DNA from: Macrostomum lignano | Lineage: Eukaryota | Direction: 5' to 3' | Length of the DNA stretch: 64,000 nucleotides | Assembly: GCA_002269645.1 (NCBI GenBank) | Contig: NIVC01000236.1 | Coordinates: 496,001 to 560,000, forward strand | Shown here: positions 11,837 through 24,168 of the stretch, in pieces | How the letters are laid out: the number at the start of each line of letters is the position of its first letter | How positions within the stretch are numbered: the first letter of the stretch is position 1 | Made by a program: the position numbers and the translations under genes | Notes under the pieces: model-generated | Databases searched by the model: none | Seen by the model: only the letters and a program-made list of their open reading frames with translations | What the model was told of the DNA's origin: nothing

Positions 11837-14800
11837 ATGAGTGCTGACAAGATGGATTTTGAAAATAATAGTACATGATTATGCATTTTTCATATGAAAA
11901 ATCTAACTCAATAGAAGCGTGCACCCTATGTGTCCCCCCCCCTCTAAATCTATCACTGAACCTGGCCCTCTAGTTTTTGAAACATTCTTATACCTATTTT
12001 TTATGCCTATATCATTGACAATATATAGAGCAAAAATTGAAACACATTTATGGCCTTTTTCTAAATAATTGTCATAATTGAAACAATTTTTAGGGCAATT
12101 TTTTCAAAAGTTCAAAATTATTCAAACAAAAGCATGTCTTTGTCAAATGTATAAATATACAAATGTATAATCTTAAAAATGTGCAAAGACAAATATATTT
12201 GCAACCCTATTGGATCATTGCATATAGTATAGGGCCTATGCCTATGCAACTATAACCCTATCTCAGAGACATGTTTACAAGAGCTAGCCCCATAAAAAGA
12301 AAACTTTTAATAAATTAATATTCATAGGTCTCTAATTGTTATTAAATTAAATTTACATTGAAGCATTGTGCTCCATGGTATGACTTTTGCCAAAATGTCT
12401 TTTTGCTGATGTGACCTACACCCAAGAAAACTATTATTAAGACATTTTTATTTTGCTTTTCTATTTGAATTTGGTTAGAAGTCATATTTGGATACTTGGA
12501 TTAGGGCCTAGGCCTAATATTCAAACCTTTTTTTGGATATCCTAGCTAAAATTAACTAGTTCTTCATGGTTCAGTTAAATATTTACTACTTTTAATATTT
12601 TGGCCTACTATTTTTGCAAAGTTTATATTATAAACAAGCCTAAAATATAGTTTGCCATTTTTTGTTTTTGTCTTGGTACATTCTTTGTATGCGATATAAA
12701 TCCTTTGGCGTATATTGGGCAGAAGGGCAGATGCAGCATGCAGTAAAATTTCAAACTCAAGCAGCCAGGTAACTCAATTATCTTAGTACACCACCGAAAA
12801 ATTGTTGACGTTGAGGAAATACAACGACAAATGAGTATTGTATGGAAGGTTTGCAGTAATCTTGCCTTAGTGAATACAAAATTAACTAAATTGATGAAAT
12901 GACAAAAAAATGAGCATTCTTGTAGAAAGCAAAAAGCAAACAGCCTCCCAAAATTACAAAACTCATCATTGCAAGACTGACTGGTATGCGTTTTGTATTT
13001 TTTCCAGGAAACGAAAAGCCAATAGGATACAATTTTTTTTCATTTTTTGGCAACATACATTTACATCAGATTGTGTTTTTATTACAATTTAATTGACAGA
13101 CGCTATTTTTGTTTAAATGTTAAGCTGTACAGAACTGTACAGTTTGTTATACTTTTTGAACAAAAAATTTTCGAGGCCGCATACGAGCAATTATTTGCCA
13201 TGCTCCAGCCTCCAAGATCATTTCAAAAAAGCGGACGCTGAGCTGATATACTTATATAAAACTAAATACAAGTGTACGATTTTTATCTGTTCATATTCTG
13301 TCAAATTCGTCATCTTGCCTTGGCACTTTGTTACGCACCAATGTAATGCAAGCAATAGTGCATAACATCTTTTTACTTCACTTAAGTTTACCTTCTATAT
13401 TTTCATATGCCCATATATCCTTTTATGCTAGTTGGTAGTACTAGAATATATATTTCGAATTTAGTATTTTGGTAAGACACATTTTAGCTAAGGAATTGGA
13501 CGATTTCTTAGTTTGTTTTTCATGTGCACGCAATTGGACCACTTGCACGATTTTTAAGTTTTGCGTCCTTTAAGTCTTGTAGTCCTTGGTGCATGGTAGG
13601 TTGGTTTATTCAATATCGACCAATTTTATAACCCCCCCTCCCCCTTTACTTTGCTGCAAATAGAAATCGCCTAGAGAATTTTTTCAAACTTTCCAGCTTT
13701 TTTCGACTTCCGAATTGCATTAGTCTTCCTTTACAAGTGTCTAAGCGTAAGCAATACAGCTAGAGCAGGAAAGCTCGACGTACTACTAGGCGTGCAGCAC
13801 TAGAAAGAGGATTAAAGTTTAATTCGTATATTCGTATAATCGGCTAAAAAAGAAGCCAGGTAGATTCTAGGTAGACAGGTAGAGAGAGATGAGATTAAAA
13901 CTAATTATATTTTACTATATGCGTACATGTACATGTACGTACAATGTACATGCAAATTTACAGATTTTCATATGCAGTATAGGGATGAATTAAATGGGAT
14001 TAAACTGAAGCTGAAAACATATTTTGGAATGCAACAACGTGAACAGCAACGCAGCTGTAGTAGACTAATAAAACAGTATATTTAATTTTTACTTAATTGT
14101 TGTGAACATAATTAACAATATCCGTGTCGTGATTCTCATTAGACTTAACCTAGCTAATGGCCACAACACTGAATAAGGAGGCGAGATTGCTAGGTAGATA
14201 CGAGTACTTAAACGAGAGTAGGGTGCTGATTTATAAAATTTAAATAGGTCCAGAAAAAGTAATGCAAAATACTAAAATAATGCAGCAATTAAAACAGTCA
14301 AATAATCCTGCAACTACGAGTAATTATTTTTGCTATAATGTGCGGAATAAGAGATAGAAAGAAAAAACTAAAAAAGTTTGACTAGGTAAATATTTTTAAT
14401 AACAAATTGCAGACTTGCTTATAGAATGAACAGAAGCAACAACACTGCAGTAACTTGTAGAAGTTACCAGTCGTTGCTAAAAATATCGGGTAGGGAATAT
14501 CAATAGAGCTACTGAGCTGTAGGACTGCGAGACTATAGCTGATCGAATGACTATTAAAAATGATTGACACTCAACCAGATATTCAAATCTAAATAACTAA
14601 ATTTAGCTCATCAAACTATCATTCTATAGTTATCTATCATTCAAGCATTCATAAAGCGCCTTATTGCACAGAGTTACAAATTCAACAAAAGACTCAAACT
14701 TTTAAAAGTCAGAACTGATAAAGGGCAAGGAATGACTTAGTGATAACCAGAGTTCCCAAGTTCGGTTCTGGGGTAAAATGGCCTCAATTATTTGGGGTCC

Positions 14801-15045
14801 ACACACGGACAGTGCCAACTGGAAGGCCCAGAGTGTGCAGGAATACAAGCTTTGACATTGGCAATCAGGCCAGCAAAGCTGTACACCTGTGCGAGCGGCG
14901 CCTGCTCAGCGGAATGGGCTGACTGCGGGGATCCTAAACAACCTAAAATACTATCAACGCCTCGGTAATAAACTGGGTAATAAACTAATAAACGGTAATA
15001 AACTTAGTAAACCCATGCAACGTCTCGTTGCCAATGGCGACGCAG

Positions 15046-18000
15046 TCACATCTTCCCGCGCGAGAAATTCTCGTGCAGTCGGGGCTGCACATCGAACAGC
15101 AGAGTGAGCAGCCGGCGGATCGCCTGCTCCTTGTTCTGGCGCACGCTGCCGCTCAGCTCGCTCAGGCGCTGCCGGGTCTCCTCCTGCACCAGCTTCTCCG
15201 AGTCGGTGCGCGAGCCCAGGATGCGCGCCTCGTGCGCCTTGAACTCGCGCTCCCGCTCCAGCTTGAATGCCTCGATCTCGGCGGCAGCCTCCTGCTTGGC
15301 CTGCTTCAGGCGGCGCTGCTTGCCTGCGGACGACAGATGGAGTCTTCTTTTAGAAGAAGAGCGATGAGTTTGGAACTTATTCAACTTGCATAGTTGCAAA
15401 TTTGCAGCAATAGCAAATGCTAAAAACTGAAGACTTCAAAGTTACGGCTGCCATAAACTCGAGATTTGCAAATAAAAAAGCAAAACTTAAAATTGAAACA
15501 AAGTACACAAACAAATTTTCATGGGCTGACGCCATTGTCTAACCTTGAGGTTAAATCTGAGCCTGAGGTTGGACTGAAATTCAAGCCAGTCAGCTTTGTC
15601 CAGACCAAAGCTTTGTCCAGTCCACTCTGATTGCACTTCCCCACTGTGCCTACTGACAACAGTAGGGTATCAAGCGAATTACTGGCATGAAAGTTCTATT
15701 TTACAAGTATATGTAGGTATATGTACAAAGTAAATGTAGGAAGTCGAAGTCGGATTAATTTAAAGAAAAATATGCGATTTATTTTGAGTAAAAGTTACTT
15801 AGTGAAATACCGAACTGCGGGTTAGAATATTGATCGATAGGTTAATAAATTAGTGCTAAGCAGGTTCGTGACACAAAACCCTAGGCTCGCAAGAATACTC
15901 GTAGAAATTGGTTTGTTGGATCAGCGATTAGTGAATAACCAAAGAATTCAAACTGCAAAAAAATTAGTTTTATAGGAATCAGAGCAGTCAGCAGTTCAAT
16001 TAGTCAACAGGTATCAAAACTCAGGCTTTGCTGCCGCTTGGAACAGCTGTTGAACGAAGCTGACATTGAGACCACAGTGGGCAACTTCTTGTTTGTATGG
16101 AACTTCAACTGACACTTGTATAACCCAGCTGACACTTGTGTATAAATTGACACCCCAGCTGACACTTGTGTATAAATTGACACCCCAGTTGACACTATTG
16201 ACACCCAGCTGACACTATTGACACCCAGCTGACACTGTTGACACCCCAGCTGACATTATTGACACCCAGCTGACACTATTGACACCCAGCTGACACTATT
16301 GACACCCAGCTGACATTATTGACACCCAGCTGACACTATTGACACCCCAGCTGACACTATTGACACCCAGCTGACACTATTGACACCCAGCTGACACTGT
16401 TGACACCCCAGCTGACATTATTGACACCCAGCTGACACTATTGACACCCAGCTGACATTATTGACACCCAGCTGACACTATTGACACCCAGCTGACATTA
16501 TTGACACCCAGCTGACACTATTGACACCCAGCTGACACTATTGACACCCAGCTGACATTATTGACACCCAGCTGACACTATTGACACCCAGCTGACATTA
16601 TTGACACCCAGCTGACACTATTGACACCCAGCTGACACTATTGACACCCAGCTGACATTATTGACACCCAGCTGACACTATTGACACCCAGCTGACACTA
16701 TTGACACCCAGCTGACATTATTGACACCCAGCTGACAGTATTGACACTCAGGTGACACTATTGGACACCCAGCTGACACAGGAGATCTCTACACACTACG
16801 CACTGCATGCAGACTGCTGTACCCCGCAGCAAGCCTCGGTCAGCAGCGCCGGCCGGAGACCCAGTCGCCGCCCTTGAAGCTGCCGTAGCCGCAGTACCGG
16901 TGAGCGCGGCCCGACACCATCTCGGTGAGCACAGCCGAGTCCAACTTGATCCGGTAGCCGAACCACGAGCCGAACGTGGACTCGTCAGTCCAGCTGACCT
17001 CCAGCTTGGCAGGCGCCGAGGCGGCGAGGCTCCACCAGCCAGTGCAGCCGAAGACGCCGCGCTGCCGGGAGCCGGGACTCAGCCTGCGCTCATCGACAGC
17101 GAGTTTAACTGGGCCGCACTGCTTGCCGCCAGAGCTCAGCTGCACCTTCAGGCCGCCGGTTCGGCCCGACGGCGACTTGGAGGACAGGCGCAGGGTCACG
17201 TGATAGTGCACCACCGAGTACGGGGTGCAGGGACCCGTCAGCAGGTAGTAGCGATGGGGCAGCCGGGAGCCGGTGAACCGGGCCTTGTACTTTTCCGCGT
17301 CCAGGCCCATGACCGGGCAGCCGCCGCTGGGACAGTGGGAGCCGCAGTCGCCAGCCATGAACTTGTCGTAGTTGTCGCAGGGGAAAGCCGAGAACGCTTT
17401 CGATTTCGCGGTCTTCAGGGTGTCAATGTACAGCTGCGGGGCCCGGCTGTGATCGCAGGCGCCCAGCGAGGAGCAGCCGGGCTGGTGGCGGCCGCCGTTA
17501 ACAAAAAAATCCACGTGACCCACTGGAGACTGGATGCCGAAGCCGCCCTGCAGTGTCGGATGGGCAACCGATTCGTCGAGTTTTAGGCTGAAGAATCTGA
17601 GACTGGGAGCTGAAACCGCCCCATCTGAACTACAAGTTTGCAAACTGCGACATCATAAAAATCACAAGACGGCTGCGGCCACCCTGGCGCAACGCCTTCA
17701 GCAACATCGTCTCACAATCAGTGGTGAGGCCCTCAGGTTAGGTTAGGGTTGGCCCTCAGGCCTCACGGATGTGAATTGCACAAGCCGAAAATCCCAAATC
17801 AATGTGTTTGCGCACGGAATTGAGCCCGAAATCGTGGCGTGAGAGTCGAACCCGTTTACTGCTGAGCTGCTCAGCCCGGAAAACTGGCACAAACAAACGG
17901 AACCAAGGGACAAATCTGGAGTGGCAATCCCGCCAAGCACTCACGTTGAGCAGTGGCAGGCCGACCCGCCACAGCGCGCCGTCCGTGTGAATGGCGTCGA

Positions 18001-21000
18001 CAAACTTGGCGTCGGTGGGGTCCAGGCGCACCACCGGGTCCGTGCCCTCGAAGTACGGCCCAGCCGGGTCCAGGCCGGTGATGCGGCCCAGCGGGGTGCC
18101 CCTCTCCCGCAGGCGGCGGCCAACGTAGCCGGCGATGTGGCCACCCAGGCTGAAGCCGATGACGTGGACATTGTCCAGGTCAACGCCGAAGCGGCTGTGC
18201 AGCCAGCGAAGCATCCGGGCAACAACCGCGCCAACCACCCGAGTGTTGGACGTGGCCTGGTTGTACAGCGTGACGGATCCGCCGGCCCAGCCCACCTGAG
18301 AGGCAGGAAGAGCGGCGCTGTAGAGCTTCCACTGATTGAATACCATTACATATTTGCCTTGAAATCCATTGTCTTCACCACGCGTTAAACCTCTCGATGG
18401 TGTAAACAGACATCAGAATCTTTTAATTCGAGGCATGGATTATTCAACTGACAGCAGCGAATCGCACCTGAATCAAATTGCAGTCCACCCGCTTCAGCAT
18501 AGCCTGCCTGATGCGGTTCATCCAGCCCATGACGCCCTTGCCCAGGAAGCCGTGGATGACCAGCTTGGTCGGCCGCCTGTTGCTAAAGCGGGAGCGCAGC
18601 ACGGATTTGGCGTTTTTGTAGTGCAGCTCGGCCGGGCTGGCCGGATTCCGACGGGTGAACAGCAGGAACTTCGTGCCGATCACTTCTGGCGACTGCGGCA
18701 CGACAACCACGGGGCGGTGCAGCAGGTTGAAGTACTTTCCCTTGATGCTGAAGCAGCCCAGATCTCCGTAGCAGACGCTGGTCTTGACCAGGAACCTTTC
18801 GTCTTCATCGATGTCCTCATCGCCGTAGTCCGGAATGTCAGGCTCGACATACTTGTCCAGGTCGATGCTTAGGGTCGACAGCGGCGCGAACGTCAACAGC
18901 AGCGTCGACAGAAGCAGCAAAGGAAGGCGGCACTTCATCTTGAGCGTTTTGCTGGCGTCTCACTGGGTTTCTTCTATTCATTAGTTCATTATTTATAATG
19001 CGAGCTGGCGCCACTTAGCACCAAAGGGAGAGAGAGAGAACTCAAAAACACCGCGGAGTCCTAGACAACTCAGCTCTGAGCAACAAACTTAGCCATAAAA
19101 TTGCCCCATTAACGCATGAAAGATTGAGCAGATGAGTTGCTCAATTGAGATTGAGTTGACTGACCAAAGCATCTGATTCGTTTAACAAAAGAAGTGTGGT
19201 GCGTGGAAAAGTGAAAAATTTACAAAGTGCATTTCCCCGTACGGCTTGAAACCACCGGTGAGTGTTCGTACTAAACAGTACGCATGGTTACGAAAATAGC
19301 AAATACTAGCAATCTGCCCTGACCCCTTAGCAACTCCCCCATGAGCCTTGACATCTCAGCAACTCCCCCATGAGCCTTGACATCTCAGCAACTCCCCCAT
19401 GAGCCTTGACATCTCAGCAACTCCCCCATGAGCCTTGACATCTCAGCGATTCTCCTATGAGCCTTGACATCTCATTAATTCTTCCCGTGAGCCTTGTAAT
19501 CTTGCAGCAAATTCCAACGTAAATCATTGACATCCCAGAAGGACAACTCATTTTTAGTATTTGAACAGCAGTATACAAACTCTATAGTGGGTGGACTTTG
19601 TGGAAGTGTGCAGGGCGGCATTTTTTGTCAGGGGGAGGCAAGAGTCGCAAATCTAAGATACTGACCTCCTCGACCTCCCCTGAACGGATTCCCATAGCAG
19701 TCAATAAGCGATGATCTAAATGTAGGGGGGGGGGGGGCAGCTGCCCCTGTTCCTCGGTGCCTGTTGCAGTCCAGATCTCTAGCTTTAGGCGTCCCTGCCA
19801 GTAAAATGCAGCTACGTGCGCACGTTTTGTTGTTGCGCCAAAACAGCCCCCATTGAAACTCGATGCGCTTCGGTGAACACCTGCTCTGGTGAACAGCTTC
19901 TTCAAGCATGTTGCTTTAGCTTATTATCATATTAGCAGCCTCAGACCCCGGGCCTGTCTGCCTATTGTCCTGGCGAGACGGTTTTTATGACCCAGAGCTG
20001 CTTCAAACTTGGAGAGGGGGTCGCACGAGAGCATTGACGTTGCTGTTTACCACTATGGCCGCCCCGTCTTCAGGACTATTTTTGCCGTGCAGTGTTTTTG
20101 TTTAAATGTCGCCTTCAATAGGTTAAATAGATTAAATAGCTCGTAGATTCAAAACATTAAAAATGTATGCCGAAAAACATCTTATAACGTGTATCATAAT
20201 ACTTGTAGTAGGATACTACCAGTTATGCAATTAAGCAAGTTAAAAAGCAAATTTGCAGCATTTTGACAATAACCATGATTTGATGCACATAATATTAAAT
20301 TAACAAGGCCCATTTAGTAGCACTGCAAAAGTAACAAATATATTTTTATTTTATATTTGATTTGATAAACTTGAGTGAGAAAAAGCTCTTGTCAATTTTT
20401 TTAAGTTTTAGACCCTATGAAATATGTTAAATTCTTTTTTCAAAGGAAAAATATTATTTTCTAATTATAGGCTAGCCACCCAAATTCTAACTGATGACTT
20501 GCTACATGTACCTCCCTGTGCCTCCAAACTTAACAAAATTTCCCAGTTTAGGTTTACTACTTTGTCTTCTATTTAATCATAGGCATTATTTGTTTTTTAT
20601 CATTATCTAAATAATCTAATGCAACAAATACATTGTTATGGTAATAGTCTTTGAAAATTAATAAATAATATTATAAATTCTAGCTTTCTTTACACATGGG
20701 TAAAACAGCTCTACTACTAATTTTGCATACAAGGTCCCAGATAGTCTAATATTGTGTATGGCATTCATCAAATATTTGGCAAGGTTTTTTGGCATGTTCT
20801 AAGTAGTAGAATTATGTGTAACTTTTTTGTTGGCATGCCACAACTATCAGAGCTATGCAGAGGGCCAAAGAAGGTATTTTATTGTTGCAATTCCAAAAAT
20901 GTTTTTTTTATTAAAAAATGATTTGATAAAATGGTTTTTTATAGTTGCAACCATGAAATTTGTCCCATTGGTCTATTAGCACACACTAAGTGGATTTGAT

Positions 21001-23093
21001 CCAACCTTCTGGCATGCACTGTGTAAGGCAATAAAAATTCTCACATGCATATTATATACTCTGGACTATGGGCCTTAATTACTTTTATCACAGATAGAAC
21101 ATCTAGGCCTATTTAACTAGTCTTTAAAAAATAAAATAGGAGCAAATTTAATTTGCAAATGCTTGCTTTAAAATATAAAATAGTCAGTTTAACTGGTGCA
21201 TGTCTAAGGTGGCCATACACTAAGGTAGCCACAATATAGGCATTGCTTTAAATCAGCTTTTGCAAAGAGAAATAACTTTGTTTTAACTTCTTTAAATTAT
21301 ATTTGGCTTATTCTAGCTTCTAGCTAGGGTATAAAGAGGAGTCAAAAGACCATTTTGATGTCTAACTTTGACTATAGGCCTAATGAATAATTATAGGCCT
21401 AATTGTAAATAATATAGTATTGGTTATTCCAGTGTTGGGCACTTCCGTTACCGAGTAACTTGCAAATGGTAACGCAAGTTACTTTTTCGTAAAGCGTTCC
21501 TTACGCAAGTTACTTTTTTATTTTAGTAACGGAATAACGGTAAGTTACTCAAATTTCAGAAGTCCGTTACAGTTACTTTGCAACAATCGCAATATTTAAA
21601 TTTAAAACTGAAATGCTTAGCTATTACGCCGGTTGTCACATGTTTTTGCATTTTTCATTCCTAAATTCAAAACTAAGTGAATAGTATCATATGGTATTGC
21701 GCTTAATTAATGAAGGAATACTTGAAACATGTTTTACTTTGTTAATTTCGGTAAAATATTTTCGCCTTTCATTTTCGTTACTAAAAATTTTCAAGTTTGA
21801 TTCAAACAAACAACCAAAGAAAGAAATTCATCTGTAGCCTCCACAAGTCCCTCCACTGGCACTGCAGTACACTACACCATTTTATACAGTTCTATTTACT
21901 TTACTCTATTGAATTATTGATATTCGTTCATTTTATCATTTATAATTTTAATTATTGATTGCCATTGCCCATTGGTCCTTCTATTTGCCTCACATCGTGT
22001 CGCCAATTCCTGTCTCTGTCTGGTAATCGGTTAATCCCAATGCCCAATGGCAAATTTCGGTAACAACAATGTGAAAAAATGTGCAATGTGAAAAAAGCAG
22101 AAAATTTTGTTAATAACATGGGTAACGGAAGTGAGTAACGGACAGTAACTTAAAAGTTACCTGGTTTTTGTCTAAAGTTACTAGGCTAACGTAAGTTACT
22201 TATTAAAAATTGGTAACTTAAGTTACAGTAACGCAAGTTACTTTTTTTGAGTAACTTGCCCAACACTGGGTTATTCAAAAGCTAGGCCTATCCAAAACTA
22301 GATAGTTTGGCAAATAAGATATAGATTCAGAGATGAAGATAAGAGGAATTGATAAGAGAGAGAGCTTCTGTTTCTATACCCTCCTCTCAGCCTTCCCTCT
22401 TACTTCCCTCCCCTTCCCTCTTCCCTCAACATTGGTCTGTGCCCACCTTGGTCTGTCACTGTTTAACCAAGCATAGGCCTATAGCTAGAAATTTTCTTTG
22501 AGGCCACTAGAAATTATCTTTAGGGTGAGAGAAGATATATACTTAAAAAGCAGCCTTAAATTTTTTTGGGGGGGGGGAGTTACATCCCCTTTCCCCTCCC
22601 TACACCTCTGAGTTTAAACTTTTGGAACTTTTTATACTAGTTGAGATAGGCAACTTATTTCATAGAATAGGCCTAAAATGATATATGTATTAACTTTAGA
22701 ACTTTTTCTAGAAATGAAAAACTAGAAACATAATAAAATACAAACTAATAAATTATAAAAATGGTAGGCCTAGGCCCAAGCGGCCTAGGTTTAAAACAAA
22801 TAACTTACTTATCAATTTTATATAATTTAAAATATTAGTGTTAACTTATAATGTACACATCAATACTGCACTGGTATTGCTGGAAACCGTCAGCGAAAGT
22901 TATGCGTTAGAATTAAGTCTCTTCAGTCAAAGGATTTTCATGTATGCAATCCCAACCCAACGTCCTATTGTTTAGTAAAATTTACTTGTAAGTTGTAAGT
23001 TTCAGATTTACCTTTTCGAGCTTCCTCGATTTTTTCACGTGCTTTCTTCTCTGCTTGGAGAAGCTGTTGGATTCCACCAGTTTGAGTGTTCAT
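15046..23093 (-). CDS. ATP6V1G: V-type H+-ATPase V1 subunit G, 119 aa, 2 exons
   Basis: Exon 1 23093-23012 (82 nt, MNTQTGGIQQLLQAEKKAREKIEEARK+G|gtaaat) joins in phase 1 to exon 2 15323-15046 (tccgcag|GC AAG CAG; KQRRLKQAKQEAAAEIE...FDVQPRLHENF). Intron is 15324-23011. Confidence 0.88.
16109..16780. repeat. 20-bp minisatellite, ~30 copies
   Basis: Unit gacacccagctgacactatt, immediately 3' of the lipase stop codon. Confidence 0.96.
16840..18938 (-). CDS. Secreted pancreatic-lipase-family lipase/phospholipase with C-terminal PLAT-like domain, 509 aa
   Basis: Exons 18938-18468, 18295-17945, 17547-16840, all phase 0, GT-AG. Signal peptide, CYGDLGCF, IHGF, GFSLG (Ser), LDPAGP (Asp), VDAIHT, GHVDFFVNGG, ACDH (His). 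Confidence 0.95.
18991..18997 (-). promoter_or_regulatory. Candidate TATA box of the lipase gene
   Basis: TATAAAT on the minus strand about 53 nt upstream of the ATG; position is plausible but not proven. Confidence 0.45.
19327..19500. repeat. 29-bp minisatellite, ~6 degenerating copies
   Basis: Unit caactcccccatgagccttgacatctcag. Confidence 0.92.
21430..22268. mobile_element. Non-autonomous hAT-type DNA transposon (MITE), 839 bp
   Basis: 12-bp TIR CAGTGTTGGGCA / TGCCCAACACTG; 8-bp TSD ggttattc at 21422-21429 and 22269-22276; many subterminal gtaac/gttac motifs; no ORF. Confidence 0.92.
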
Positions 23094-23939
23094 TTTGTAT
23101 TGTTTAATTTTACGAATGCAGTTGTTGTTATTTAATACTTTAATATTTATTTAGGCAGTAGGGATAAGAATAAAAAAGAGTAATTAATCTGTCTGCTATA
23201 TACAATCACAAACATTAAAGTTAAACTTATAAAGCGAAGCAAATCTAAACGTTTAAACAAAAGTTCACAACCTTAACTGTAATAAATTTGCTTGACCTAC
23301 TTTAACTAGATAAAAAAAATTCTAAGGCTTTTAAAAAAAGAATGCAATAAGCTTAGTGGCGTGTATTCTATTAAGTTATTTTTCATTATTAAATTACCGG
23401 GCTTATTAAATTAAACTTGTCTCTTGCCAAAACTGCTTCGTACGTGTTTCTCTGGTCTCGACCGTGCCGGGGTTAAGTGATACGTACATTTACATGTACC
23501 ATTTATGTACATACGCTAGAGACTGCATGAATGACGAGTAGCAGCCGAGCCAGGATAAAATTACATGTAATTTATATTTAATTAGCCTTGAATAACACTT
23601 GCAAGATTCGCGTCGTTCTACCTTAAGTAGACGTGACTTTCATTTGAGACTGCAATCCATGCAATGCAGTCATAAATTTCAGTTTTCTTGACGCGCAGTT
23701 CCTGTAAGTTCCTGTTACAGGTTTGTACTGAAACACTGGGAGCTTAATGCCCTGAATATGCACCGTAGTACCTTCGGCCTTTCTTTTGCCGATGTCTGCT
23801 TGGCCACGTTTAACTTTACAGTATATTTATTCTACTTATTTCGAAGCGGTTTGCCTTTAGTTAGGCTCTTGTACTCAATACAGGCAAATGAAATAGTTTA
23901 TGATAATGCTTCAGTTAAAAATAAACTTACATCTGCTCT

Positions 23940-24168
23940 GGCAAAGCCATGCAGCACGCAGCACCTCTCCGCTTCAAAAGTTTACAGTTCATTCTTTGTA
24001 ATGTACTCTTGGCTCCAGATACGTTCCCTGGAGAACCAGAGCCGGTGCAGGAGCCGGAGCAGCAGCAACCTCGGAGAAGTGAAAGACTGTTGACTAAGTA
24101 AGAGTACATTACAAAGAATGAACTGTAAACTTTTGAAGTGGGGAGGTGCTGCGGGCTGGCTTTTGCCC
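23940..24168. repeat. Inverted repeat, ~70-bp arms with an 89-bp GC-rich spacer
   Basis: 23940-24010 is the near-perfect reverse complement of 24100-24168 (core cttcaaaagtttacagttcattctttgtaatgtactctt is identical). Confidence 0.9.

Noticed and set aside
11385-11924. 179-aa and 73-aa ORFs with THFSA / KMSA repeats
   Set aside because: They are translations of the 21-bp minisatellite.
11471-12247. MITE bounded by gcataggcatagg / cctatgcctatgc around the 21-bp repeat
   Set aside because: The 13-14-bp inverted match is real, but I found no TSD, so the boundaries are unsupported.
16012-16110. SFVQQLFQAAAKPEF as an alternative first exon of ATP6V1G
   Set aside because: It has no suitable ATG, ends in a stop codon and lacks a phase-1 donor; the exon at 23012-23093 matches much better.
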